Shown here: piece by piece, positions 23,815 through 35,847 of the stretch
Numbering within the stretch: the stretch's first letter is position 1
How the letters are laid out: the number at the start of each line of letters is the position of its first letter
Assembly (NCBI RefSeq): GCF_004010195.1
Contig: NC_057755.1
Span: 62,001 to 100,058, forward strand
Length of the DNA: 38,058 nt
Reading direction: 5' to 3'
Source of the DNA: Chiloscyllium plagiosum
Taxonomy: Eukaryota
The notes under the pieces: model-generated
Database searches by the model: none
The model's input: only the letters and a program-made list of their open reading frames with translations
Told to the model about the DNA's origin: nothing
Position numbers and translations under genes: made by a program

Positions 23815-24430
23815 TGCTGGAAAATTACAGAACAGAGTGAAGCCATTCAGCCCAGCAAATGAATTCACTTTCACACTCTTCAATTTTCCAGCCATTCCAT
23901 AGAACCGCAGGAGAGCACTGAAACTTAAAGATTTCATTCATGTTTGTATCACTAAATAAATAAACTTTTACCTATTCTAATCCCATTTTCCAGCACCTCG
24001 TCCACGTCCTTGAAAATTACTTGACTTCAGATGTGGAGCCAGTTTCCCATTATATCAGCTGAGGATTGCCATCACAAGCTCCCCAAACAGACAGTGAATT
24101 CCAGGCCCAACAACCTTCAGGATGAAAGAGTTACCCTCATGTCCCCTTTCGTCCTTCCATCAATCAGTCTCACTCTGTGTCACATGGTAAATGGTCCTCT
24201 CCATTCGGGGTAACAGTTGTCTATCCAAGACACTGACTATATTATATGTTTCAACCACATCAGCCCTCATTATCCTCTATTCTCTCGGAAACAACCTTAA
24301 CCCTACACATCTTCCCTCAATGCTGCAATAAATTCCACGCGATGGCAGCATTCCTGTTAATATCCTCTGTGTTCTCTCTGGAGCAATTCGATCCTCACTG
24401 TTGGGTGGTGACCAGAACTGTGAATAAAAC
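23815..24430 (-). mobile_element. Old CR1 3' fragments
   Basis: Contains agccattcagccc, taatcccattttccagcac and ggtggtgaccagaactg, typical reverse-strand CR1 3' sequence. Confidence 0.55.
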
Positions 24431-25527
24431 TGTGCTGTTAGCTCCCCAGTTTATCATGAACTTCCAGTGTTACATGTCTGGCAGGGGGTGAGGAAATTTG
24501 TTTGGGTTGCCTCTGGTGCCAGGTGAAGAGGTACTAATTTGGAGGGAGGGCTGATGGGGAATTGTATCCCACTGTTGATGTCAGGTCATACAATCTGGGG
24601 CATATAATAGATCTTAAGGGGTGTAGTTGGAGTGCAGTCTGCCGTCAGTTTTCAGAACTCAGGAGTTAAATTTTGTGTTTAATAGCCTCACTTCTGTTCT
24701 GATACCACCTGACATAATTACTGAACTACTCACACACAAGGCAAAAATCCAGCTTGATGGATCACAACCTTATTTGCTTTTGGTTTAATAAAGCGATATT
24801 TTGCTATTGGAAACGCCCAATACTGCAAATACTTCCTCAACAACACAATAGAAAATTACTGCAACAGAAACGATGTAAAATAGAATAAACCACACTCTGC
24901 ACTTGCGACGCAGGTTCAAAGGCATTGAACATGCAGTAAATATTGAATCCCATTAACCTCAAAGGAATGCATAAATTCAAAAGAAAGAAAATGAATTTTA
25001 TATAGTAAATAAAGCCACACTCCTGCTGCCATTCGAAAGAATATAGCTCTGGTATTTTACACCAGATTCCCAGTATCTAACACTTAGTTAAGGGACTTGT
25101 GACTTCCACTTTTAAACTGGAACTGAAGTAACTTCTTACTGAAGGGATCACACAACTGAGCGTCAAAGTCCTCAGCTTTATATCATTTCTTCAGGACTTT
25201 GGTCTGTTTCTAATATTTCGGGACTGGGATGATCATGAAATGTTCACTCTTATGTAATCTAATCCACGAAATCTCACATTTCCTTCTGATGAGCACAGAT
25301 CTATGCATTCACCCAGTTCCAATGTATTCCAAGGGCTAAGAAAATGACTCAAGTTTAGACGTGCAACTGAAGGTTTCTCAGTTAAGGTTGCTTTCTAAAA
25401 TCTCAGATTCTAGAACTCTCCAACAAATCTTTGACTCTCCATTAAAGCCATGCTGACTTACAAACAATCGAAAATAAACAAAAAAATCATTCATGCAAAA
25501 AGCCATTCAACACACAGCGAAACTTCA

Positions 25528-26983
25528 AATAACATACCCGAAACAACAGCGAAGACAGGTGATAGAACTATTACTGACTTTTTCTTTTTTTTTTCATTGG
25601 AACTGTTCTGAACTTTTGGAAAAAGTAGTGACTATGGAAAATACGATATGAGCTATGGGATTTTAATGTAGAAAATATCATTTCAGTGAGTTTAGTTCTG
25701 TTTTTTTTTGTTAGAGTTAATAAATGGCGGCCTTCTCTGAAGTTCAGACTTAACTTCAAATGTAGCTTTTGTTAGAAAGTAGTGGTTGATCCCTCTCTGA
25801 CAACTAAAACTGCATCATCCAAAGAGGAGCAACTCATCCTATAATCCGTAAAAAGAGTGTGAAAGTTTGTGTAACCAGCTTTTCAGAAACATCTTGTAGT
25901 TGAACAAAATAAATCCCTGATACTCACTTTAAATTCAACAAGCAACACTTTATCTAACTCTAATAATTAACAAATAAAATAAACTATGAACAAACCTAAT
26001 AAATCTCTCCTAACTACTAATTATTCCAGAATGAAGCAAACTTCTATTGGTATACTGGTTCAAATTCCCTGATGTTAAAAAAAACTCAGAATTTAGTCTC
26101 CAAATTAATAGCCAAGTGATGCGTCTTCTGGAATGTTCTGTGCATTCTTCCGTCTAGTCTTCTGTTAGGAATGCTTCCACCAATTCTTTTGCCAGGAAAC
26201 CTTTTTCCATTGTTGGTCCAGTTATTTTTTTTTTAGATGGTGCTTTAGAGTGTGAAAGCCAATTCTTTCTCAAAAGCTGAGATCTATTAACTCTGGCAGA
26301 CGGCAATTAGCTCTGGAGTCTCTGTCCAACTATTGCCTTCTTTTGTACCCTTGACATAACAACATTCTTGTATATGATTGTGTCTATGCTGTGAAAAAAA
26401 ATCTGATTTAATTTTAATTTATTTTGTGCGTCTAAGGGCCTGGTTCGAAATGATTAGCTAAATTCAAAACCTGTTGTCTTGTTAAAATCTGCTCCTTGAC
26501 CTGTTAACTGTACAGCCTTTTGATAAAAAAAAGTTTCCGTTTGGGCTCTTGGTGTACCTGCAAGCCCCCAAGCTGCTGCTCGCAGAGATCCATTTTAAGC
26601 TCCAAACACAGAAATAAAAACAACATATTTTAAAAGAACCATGCAATGCTTTCCCCATTTTACAATTTTACAAATAAAAACTTCTAACTACCCGCCCCTA
26701 ATCCACAATTATTCTACTCCATCTCACGACACAGTCTTAACAGCAATGCTGACAAGTTAAGTCTGAACTTCAGAGAAGGCCGCCATTTATTAACTCTAAC
26801 AAAAAAAAAACAGAACTAAACTAACTGAAATGATATTTTCTACATAAAAATCCCATAGCTCATATCTTATTTTCCAGGGTCACTACTTTTTCCAAAAGTT
26901 TAGAACAGTTCCAATGAAAAAAAAGAGAAAAAGTCAGTGATAGTTCTATCACCTGTCTACGCTGTTGTTTCGGGTATGTTATT
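25528..26983. repeat. Inverted repeat pair with ~230-bp arms (25528-25756 and 26754-26983) and a ~1-kb spacer
   Basis: The left arm AATAACATACCCGAAACAACAGCG...CTGAAGTTCAGACTTAACTT is nearly the exact reverse complement of AAGTTAAGTCTGAACTTCAG...CGCTGTTGTTTCGGGTATGTTATT. Confidence 0.95.
25761..26663. mobile_element. LTR-like block inside the inverted-repeat spacer
   Basis: Starts TGTAG and ends TTACA; non-coding; no TSD seen. Confidence 0.35.
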
Positions 26984-27179
26984 CAAGTTCTCCTTTGTGA
27001 TGACTGGATTGGTATATGAGCAGGTAAGGTTTAGAGGGACATGGGCCAAATGGGATTGGATTGATTCAGAATATCTGGTCGGCATCGATGAGTTGGACTG
27101 AACTGTTTTTGTACTGTGCATTTCTATGATTCCATGATTCAAAGTCTGAATTTAGTTTCTCAGCCCATTCTTTTCTTTT

Positions 27180-28375
27180 CAGACACTCGTTGCACTGGGG
27201 AGACAGCTACCCCGGTGCAGAGTGTGTTTCTGAAGATGCTCCCCCAAACACGGGGTTGCAGGGAGACCCCAGTGTCCTTACCGTGTGTGAACAGAGTTTG
27301 GGTCTCTTGTTAATTCCATAAACTCCCAAAATTAGTTTTGAAATGGCTGGCATTACCTGACCAAGGTTAAAGCGGACCTCCTGTTTCTGCAAGAGTGTAG
27401 GATTCAGCATCCCAACAGGTCCAGGGAAGGGTCGAGCATAATGGACCTGATTGGCCTTTAACCTGATTGGGGGCATAAAATACCGTTCCTCTGGTCTGTG
27501 CATTCTGCTGTAAGGAGGCAACTTCAAAATCTCCGAGGTTAAGGAGGTGGCGGAAGTGAGGCTCCTCCTCGTAGCAGAGGCTATGTACAGAAACGCTGCC
27601 CTGAGACTAATGAACGTGCATGGCCTGATGGTAAAGAGTGATTAGCTGGGTGTCCTGCAGCAGCTCCCACTGCTGTAGGCATGCCCAGACCAGTCATTCT
27701 GGGCAGAGACTGCAACTTCATCATCGATGCGGATGGAAGATGCTGACAGCAAACCAGACACCATGTCCAGATTCTTGATGGAAACGGTTAAAGCTGCATG
27801 ATATCTTCCACACCCCTGCAGATCGAACGTGGCCTAGATACACTTAGTCTAAGCCAGAAGCTCCATCTACTTAAGGGTAGATTTCCTCTTTTTATTCAGC
27901 ATGTTCTTAGTCAGATCTATCAACTTCAAGCCGACGTTCTACTCTGACAACTGCCTCTTGCTGGCCATCAAGGAAAGGACGTATCTGAACGAGAAATTGA
28001 TAACCCCAGAAAACTTTGAGAAGCTCAAAAGGGATCTCACAGTGAGGATACCCGTGAAGCCCATCATTGAGTTTCAACTAGACGTGTGGGAAACGGTCGA
28101 GGGCAACAACAAGGCGTTCTTTATCCTCAAAGGTGTTGAAAGTATGGGAGGGATGGGGAAAGCTGTCCAAAATCCAGAAAAGCGTGCAGCGCCTATTCCT
28201 GTTGCATAAAATGGGGATCGATGTCACAGACGATCTCCAGAATGTGAAGAGCCTGTAAGCCACACTCTTTGCCTCGGAAGCGTCCAAGATAATCTCCCAG
28301 TGCAGGGTCCACACCGTGGAGCAGGATGAAACGTGGTCGCATTTTTTTCCAGGACCTGCTGGAAGTGTACGTCAG
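27180..28375 (+). mobile_element. Tx1-clade LINE fragment: APE endonuclease region of ORF2
   Basis: Reads VKADLLFLQEC, LRLMNVHG, PVILG(GDFN-like)..IIDADG, KPTFYSDNCLLLA and LITPENFEKLKR; degenerate. Confidence 0.85.
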
Positions 28376-28844
28376 TCTGCTTCGAACCAATCGGAATACA
28401 TGAGGAAAGACATCATTTCCCCTCATCTGTGATCGGAAAGAGGAGAGCATCGGATTGTCATTGGCCTTTTAAGATTGTCAATATACTAAATTCAAACTTA
28501 ATTTATGTTTGGTATTTTTCGGGATTTAATTTACACTGATTAGTTGAATTTGAATTCGTTTCTGTCTCCAGACAATCAGGTGCACTAACTGCTCGACCAA
28601 TACTACATTGCATCTTGTTGATTACATTTGATGCTGTCAAGTAGTTCTGCCAGCTTTTAACTTTTTTAAATGTACACCACCCCCATATCATCATTATACG
28701 TCCACCATTAAGAAAAAGGTGAACCACCATAATGAAAAGATGGCTTCATTATATTCTTCTTTTTCTTAAAAGCACATTACCCTAAAATACAGGCAGTTTT
28801 AATATAAGTTCACCTTAAGTTCATCCCATGTACCTGTACGCACG

Positions 28845-29320
28845 TTTTGAGAAGATTTGTAGCTCAGGCTGAGTTTCTGGATGTAGGTTTGCTCCCTGAG
28901 CTGGAAGGTTCGGTTTCAGACTATTCAGATATCATTAGTGAGCCTCAGGATGAAGCAATGCTGGTATGTCCTGCTTGTTATTTATGAGTTTAGGTTACAT
29001 TGGATTGTTGACGTGATTTCCCGTGGTGATGTCATTTCCTTCTTTTTTCAGTGGGTGATAAATAGGGTCCAAGTCAATATGTTTGTGATAAAGTTCTGAT
29101 TGGAATGGCATGCTTCTAGGATTTCTTTCGCGTGTCTCTGTTTGGCTTGTTCTAGGATGGGTATGTTTTCCCAGTTGAAGTAGTGCTCTAACTCATCTGT
29201 ATGGAATGATACCAATGAGTTTGGGTCATGTATATTTGTGGTTAGTTGGTTTTTGTGTATCCTGTGGCTCGTTTTCTGCTTGCTTGTCCATTATAGTGTT
29301 TGATACAGTTCTTGCTAGGT
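28845..29320 (-). mobile_element. Penelope-like element: GIY-YIG endonuclease and 3' end
   Basis: On -: KNCIKHYNGQASRKRAT..HDPNSLVSFHTDELEHYFNWENIPILEQAKQRHAKEILEACHSN, i.e. the YIGQT-like half of the GIY-YIG domain. Confidence 0.85.
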
Positions 29321-29324
29321 AATT

Positions 29325-30886
29325 TAAAATAGATAAGTCCCCTGGGCCTGATGGCATTTATCCTAGGATTCTCTGGGAAGCAAGGGAGGAGATTGCAGAG
29401 CCATTGGCCTTGATTTTTATGTCCTCTTTGTCTACAGGAGTAGTGCCAGAAGACTGGAGGATAGCAAATGTGGTTCCCTTGTTCAAAAAGGGGAGTAGGG
29501 ATAACCCTAGTAACTATAGGCCGGTGAGTCTCACTTCTGTTGTGGGCAAAGTCTTAGAGAGAATTGTAAGGGATAGGATTTATGCACATCTGGATAAGAA
29601 TAATGTGATCAAGGATAGTCAGCATGGTTTTGTGAAGGGCAGGTCGTGCCTCACAAACCTTATTGAATTCTTTGAAAAGGTGACGAAGGAGGTTGATGAG
29701 GGGAAAGCGGTAGATGTGGTATATATGGATTTTAGTAAGGCGTTTGATAAGGTTCCCCATGGTAGGCTACTGCAGAAAATACGGAGATATGGCATAGAGG
29801 GTGAGTTGGAGGTTTGGATTAGGAATTAGCTGGATGGAAGAAGACAGAGGGTAGTAGTTGATGGCAAAGTTTCTTCATGGAGTGCCGTCACTAGCGGTGT
29901 TCCGCAAGGATCTGTGTTGGGACCATTGCTGTTTGTCATTTTTATAAATGACCTGGAAGAGGGGTTAGAAGGTTGGGTGAGCAAGTTTGCGGATGACACA
30001 AAAGTCGGAGGAGTTGTTGACAGTGAGGAAGCATGTGGCAGGTTACAGCAGGATATAGAGAAGCTGCAGAGCTGGGCAGAAAGGTGGCAAATGGAATACA
30101 ATGTAGCTAAGTGTGAGGTGATTCACTTTGGGAAGAATAACAAAAAGATGGGGTACGGGGCTAATGGACGGATACTTGGTAGAGAGGATGAGCAGAGGGA
30201 TCTTGGTGTCCATGTACACAGATCTCTGAAAGTTGCCACCCAAGTAAATAGTGCGGTGAGGAAGGCATATGGCGTACTGACTTTTATTGGTAGAGGAATT
30301 GAGTTCCGGAGTCCTGAGGTCATGATGCAGTTGTATAAGACTCTGGTACGACCGCATCTGGAATATTGTGTGCAGTTTTGGTCACCATACTATAGGAAGG
30401 ATGTGGAGGCATTGGAACGGGTGCAGAGGAGGTTTACCAGGATGTTGCCTGGTATGGAAGGAAAATCGTATGAGGAAAGACTGAGGCACTTGGGGCCGTT
30501 TTCACTAGAGAAAAGAAGGTTTAGGGGTGACTTGATTGAGGGGTACAAGATGATTAGGGGGTTAGATAGGGTCGACAGAATGAACCTTTTCCCGCGTATT
30601 GAGTCGGGTATTACAAGGGGGCATAGCTACAAATTGAAGGGCGATGGACAGATGTCAGGGACAGGTTCTTTACTCAGAGAGTGGTAAGGGCGTGGAATGC
30701 CCTGCCTGCCAATTTAATTAACTCAGCCACATGAGTGGTATTTAAGCAATCCTTGGATAAGCACATGGATAATGATGGGATAGCGTTGGGGGATGGGTTT
30801 AGATTATTTCACAGGTTGGTGCAACATCGAGAGCCGAGGGGCCTGATCTGTGCTGTATCATTCTACGGTCTATGTTCTATGTTCTA
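29325..30886 (+). mobile_element. Relatively young, 5'-truncated CR1 LINE (RT domain and 3' UTR)
   Basis: ORFs 29404-29829 and 29914-30687 share a frame and are separated by TAG at 29827. Motifs include NYRPVSLTS, DFSKAFDKVPH, GVPQGSVLGP and FADD (29986-29997). It ends in a (TATGTTC)n tail. Confidence 0.96.
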
Positions 30887-31071
30887 AGTAGCTGTTTTGG
30901 CTAAAAGTACAAGATCAAGATCCTGGCAGCTTTGCAGATCTGCTGCACATTTTGGAATAGTGGCCTGTGTGTTCCCTAAATCTATCCCATTAAATCAATT
31001 ACCTGTCATGTCATATGCATGCAGCTAAAGATAACCTGCACCATCAGGAATCTGCATCCTGGAGAAGCTAC

Positions 31072-31370
31072 GCGGACTGTGTTCATTGAGTCCCCTTTCA
31101 TTTTGAATTCACTATATAGTTGATTTTCCTCTGTTCTTCCGCCGTTCCTCTGTGCTGCAGTGTGTGGAGGCTTATTGAAATGATATTCTAATGCATCCTT
31201 GTTTGTGGATGTCGGGATGACTTCTTCTGTAGTTCGGTATTTGGTCCGTATGTATTGTTATCCTGCAGATGCTGTTTGAAGTTCCCCATTGGCTGTTCGC
31301 TCTACTGGACATCTTGCAATAGCAGTTATTGTTGTTCCATGCCAGTAAGAGTATTATTGATGGTCTTAAA
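31072..31370 (-). mobile_element. Penelope-like element: RT C-terminal/thumb fragment
   Basis: On -: DVPVERTANGELQT..HTDQI.NYRRSHPDIHKQGCIR.SFQ..STHCSTEE (with frameshifts). Same orientation as 28845-29320. Confidence 0.75.
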
Positions 31371-31384
31371 GGTTCAGAGAAAGA

Positions 31385-31975
31385 GATAGATATGTTCTTG
31401 ATTGTTAACAGGACGAAGGCTTATAGGGAGAAGGCAGAAAAATCGGGCTTTCAAATTAATGAAACATAATACGCTTTACATTTTGCCTTATCTGAGAATA
31501 GATGTACCAGCACTGGCGTGAGTGGCTAATGAGGACAGACTGAGTGTCCTGGGAATATACTCATTGAAATTTAGGAGAACAAAAGGGGGATATAATGAAA
31601 ACATTTAAAACTATGACGAAAAGAGATTAGATCGATACAGGGAGATTGTTTGCACTGGCAGGCGAAACTCGATCTCGGGGACATAGCTTCAGAATAAGCC
31701 AAAATGATTTAGTGAAGTATTTGAATAGAAACGTCTTCAAAAACGGGTTGTAAATCTATATTATTAACTTCCTAGTGATGTAGCTCAGAGTACCTCGTTG
31801 CATGTCCTTTTTAAAATCAAACAAACATGGTTTTTTGAACAGGGGAGGAGTGAAAATGTTTGGTGGGCAGAACGGTAAGTTGAGCTGAGTCCACGAGAAG
31901 ATCAGCTGTAATCTTATTTAATACAGGAGAGAGTTTCATCGGCCAGTTAGATTTTTCCTGTTTCTTCTGTTCTTT
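31385..31975 (+). mobile_element. Old CR1 3' fragments
   Basis: Contains gaggacagactgagtgtcctgggaatatactcattgaaatttaggagaa and ggggacatagcttcagaataag, then a 3' UTR ending cctgtttctt. Confidence 0.65.
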
Positions 31976-32109
31976 TGACAGAATGTTGAGACAGAAGTTT
32001 TGGAGCAAAGGCTCTAAATCTGATCCTACATACAATGATTTGAATGTCTAGAATGAAGAGAGGAGAATGGTAGGCTGGAAGGTGAGATGCAAGCGATCGC
32101 AAGTGAGAG

Positions 32110-33500
32110 AAGAAGAAAGGAGACAACAAGGACTGCCCCTCAAAGAACAGCAAGGCGGTTTCTGTGTGGATCTGCAGTCGTGGATATATCTCAGGACCTG
32201 ATCAGGTGTACACTAGAACTTTGTGGGAAGCTGGGGAAGTGATTGCTGAGATACTTGTATTATAGATAGTCATCGGTGAGATGTTGAAGACTGGAGGTTG
32301 GCTAATGTGGTGCCATTATTTAAGAAAGGTGGTAAGGAGAAAAAAGGGAAGCATAGACCAGTGAGGCTGACGTCAGTGGTGGGAAAGTTGTTGGTGGGAA
32401 TTCTGAGGGAGAGGATCTACATGTATTTGGAAAGGCAACGACTGATTATGGGTAGTCAACATGGTTTTGTGTGTGAAAAATCGTTTCATATACTCAATTG
32501 AGTTTTTTGAAGAACTAACAAAGAGGATTGATGAGGCAAGAGCAGTGGAAATGATCTATATGGACTTCAGTAAGTTTGTCAAGGGCGTTTCCCATGGGAG
32601 ACTGGTTAGGAAGGTTAGATCGCATGAATACAGGGAGGACTAGCCATTTGGGCACAGAACTGGCTCGAAAGCAGTAAATAGGGTGGTGGAAGGTTATTTT
32701 TTCAGACTATAGTCCTGTGACTAAAGATGGGTGCGGAGTCCACAACTTTTAGTCATTTATGTGAATGATTTGGATGTGAACACAAGATGTATAGTCAGTG
32801 AAGAAGGTTACTTGAGTGTACAACGTGATCTTGATCAGATGGGGCAATGGGCTAAGGAGTGGCAGTTGGACTTCAATTTCGATAAATGTGAGGTGCTGCA
32901 TGTTGGGAAAACAAATTTTTGCAGGACTAACACACTAATGATTAGGTCGAAGGGAGTGTTGATGAACAAAGAGACCTTGGAGTGCAGGTTCATAGCTTCT
33001 TGAAAGTGGAGTTGCAGCTCAATAGCATCGTGAAGAAGGTTTTCGGAATGCTTTCCTTTATTGGTCAGAGTATTGAGTATATGATTTGTGAAGTCGTGTT
33101 CTGGCTGTACAGGGTGTTGGTTAGGACACATTTGTAATATTGCTTGCTATTCACGTCTCCTTCTTCTCGGAAGGATGTTGTGAAACTTGAAAGGGGTACA
33201 GGATGTTGCCAGATTTGAAGGAATTGAGCAAGAGGGAGAGGTGACTAGGTTAGGCACTGTTTTCTCTGGAGCATTGGTAGCTAATGGGTGACCTTATAGA
33301 GGTTTGTAAAATCATGAGGGGCAAGAATACGGGGTAGAGGCAAAGTATTTTCCCTGTGATGGGGAGTCCAGAATTAGAACTTACAGCCTTAGGGTGAGAG
33401 GGGAAAGATACAAAAGAGTCCTAAGGAACAACCTCTTCATGCAGGTTGGTACAGATATGGAATGAGCTGACAGTGGAAGAGGTGGAGGCCAGTAAAAATA
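32110..33500 (+). mobile_element. Degenerate CR1 LINE RT
   Basis: Reads ANVVPLFKKG, RPVRLTSVVGKLL, MIYMDFSK, VQRDLDQMGQWAKEWQLDFNFDKCEVLH; closely resembles 250-2887. Confidence 0.9.
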
Positions 33501-33599
33501 TAAAAATCACCACTATACTTGTGCACACAAAAGCCATCACCCTAAATATGTTACCTGCAGAATGGGATCATAGTGAATACATTTGTAATGGACGTACCC

Positions 33600-33700
33600 A
33601 AAGCTGAAATATTGAAACAACGTATACAGTCGTCCGAGGCTGGAATCGAACCTGGGTGCCTAGAACCCTCAGGCAGTTGCTGCACATTTGCTACCACATC
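33600..33700 (-). mobile_element. tRNA-derived SINE head (HE1/V-SINE-like)
   Basis: On -: gtggtagcaaatgtgcagcaactgcctgag...cccaGGTTCGATTCCagcctcgg, which contains a Pol III B box. Confidence 0.6.
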
Positions 33701-34029
33701 TCTAACCCCAATTCCAACTTTAAACTTAGCAATCCAAGCATTGCACTGATAAGCCTGATATTGACCCTCTGGAACAAATGCAAACTGACAAACAGATTTC
33801 AAGGAATTATTTTCCCCACTGATTTCCAGTGATCCTGGTTTTGGGCTTACATTGCACAACTCTTGACATTCTCCAGTCATTGAGCCATTGGGATGTATGG
33901 CACAGAAACAGACCCTGCTGTGCAACTCATCCATGCCGTTCAGATGTCCCAGCCTAATCTGATCACAGTTTCTAGAACCCGGTTCGTACCCCTATAAATT
34001 ATTTCTATTTGCATTTTCAACTCATTTAA

Positions 34030-34137
34030 TAGAGACCAAAGTGACAACGTCTTCACGCAGAGGATGATACGTGCATGGAATGAGCTGCCAGTGGAAGTGG
34101 TGGAGTCCAGTACAAGTATAGCGTTTAGAAGGCACTA
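34030..34137 (+). mobile_element. Short CR1 3' fragment at the breakpoint of the third duplicate
   Basis: caacgtcttcacgcagagg...tggaatgagctgccagtggaagtggtggag is similar to 2658-2720 and 33430-33495. Confidence 0.7.
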
Positions 34138-35314
34138 AGAGAGCTCCAGAGGCAATCATAGTGTTCCCAGTGAAAGAATTGCATATGCATATCCAGGATT
34201 CCATCAGAAAAATCACATGGATCTGAGTATAACTCCCAGCATTGGATGGGGAGGCGGATAACGGGATGGGTCACTATTCACCACGCTCAGGAACGCGCTG
34301 CTGTCCCTGATTGTGGCTCATCTAATTATAATGTCAATTTTACATTCACTTATGTCCGTAAGGACCAACCCATTCCTCCCTGTCCAAAGGTTAACAATAC
34401 TCTATCCATTTCTGCATTGAAATTATTGAAGGGACAGCAGGTATGGACGCAAGGGGTGACTGATAGGGGCATGGTAGGGTGGAAAGAGGCTGCAGGAGTG
34501 ACTCAAAATGAAGGACTGACTGTGAGTGATGGGTTCAGCTGGAACATTGAGTCTTCACGGACATCCCTGTGATTGAGTGTTAAAGTCCGGCAAGAGGGTT
34601 CTCTGCATTTCCCCTGCAGGGGAGGTGGGGTCAGATACAGTCTCTCTTTTACCATGATGATTTGTTGGACTCTCTCTGTGCAACGTGCGATAATCACATT
34701 ATTATAAGAAGAGAAAGGATCCGTATGCTGGTGAACCACATCTAAATTTAAAATCTTTTTCTGCTGCGTTTTTTACTTTTGAAAGAGTTTCTTGAGCCCA
34801 ACCTCCCGTCCACGCTCAATACGAGAATATTACTCCCCACTCTGCCTTTTTCTGTCTACCATTGTCGCACTCCCTGTCCTCTATCTCTCTCTTTCTGTCA
34901 CTCTATTTCACTACGTCTATCTCTGTCTCTCCCTATCTTTCAGTTTGTCGCTATTAGTTTCTTCCTGTGTCACTCTGTCTGTCGCTCTATCTCTCTTCGC
35001 CTTTCTCTGCCTTCGCTCTCTCTACATCTCTGTCTCAGTTTATCTTTGTCTCTCTCCCTCTCTCTTTTTCTCTCACTCGTTGTCTCTCTGTCGAACTCTT
35101 TCTCAGTCTCTGTCTCCTTCTCTCTCTCTCTATCTGTATCTCCTTCTCTTTCTCTCATTAACTGAGTCAGACGCTTGACTCAGTTATGTACGTGTTCACC
35201 TGTATTAGCTCAAATCCTTTCTTCATTTCTTCAGTCATAGGTTTTACCTCAGGAAGTGATTTTGTAAAACACATCATGCACTGCGACAACCAGCAATGAC
35301 TTGTCACAATATGA

Positions 35315-35718
35315 ACCTCATCTTCCACCCAGGAACCCTCCAACCACAAGGGATGAACTCGGATTTCACCAGTTTCCTCATTTCCCCTCCCCCCACCTTG
35401 TCTCAGTCAAATCCATCGAATTCAGCACCGCCTTCCTAATCTGCAATCTTCTTCCTGACCTCTCCGCCCCCACCCCAGTCTGACCTTTCACCCTCACCTT
35501 GACCTCTTTCCACCTATCACATTTCCGACGCTCCTCCCCCAAGTCCCTCCTCCCTACCTTTTATCTTAGCATGCTGGACAAACTTTCCTCATTCCTGAAG
35601 AAGGGCTTATGCCCGAAACGTCGATTCTCCTGTTCCCTGGATGCTGCCTGACCTGCTGCGCTTTTCCAGCAACACATTTTCAGCTCTGATCTCCAGCATC
35701 TGCAGACTTCACTTTCTC
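35315..35718 (+). mobile_element. Penelope-like 3' fragment with a 10-bp TSD
   Basis: Starts with a GIY-YIG-type C-terminus (LIFHPGTLQPQGMNSDFTSF), followed by the pLTR. Flanked by CACAATATGA at 35305-35314 and 35719-35728. Confidence 0.85.
35591..35626 (+). ncRNA. Minimal type-I hammerhead ribozyme motif in the Penelope pLTR
   Basis: CUGAAGA-A-[GGGC UUAU GCCC]-GAAAC-GUC has both core boxes, a 4-bp stem II, a palindromic ACGU stem III region and a GUC triplet. Confidence 0.7.
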
Positions 35719-35814
35719 CACAATATGATTTACAGTTCTGTAAAGATCTATATCCCTGCATCTGCAGCAATCTGAGTTTCTCTCTCTCTGTCTCTCTCTG
35801 CTTCTCTCTCGCTC

Positions 35815-35847
<33 letters not shown>

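Noticed and set aside
29404..30687. Programmed stop-codon readthrough or a domesticated RT gene
   Set aside because: A single TGG>TAG change in a 5'-truncated CR1 with a normal tail explains it more simply.
30890..30925. ttttggctaa...aagatcaag resembles the 5' end of U2 snRNA
   Set aside because: The match is short and interrupted, and the rest of U2 is absent.
33600..33700. tRNA gene
   Set aside because: A B box is present but I could not fold a cloverleaf; it fits a SINE head.
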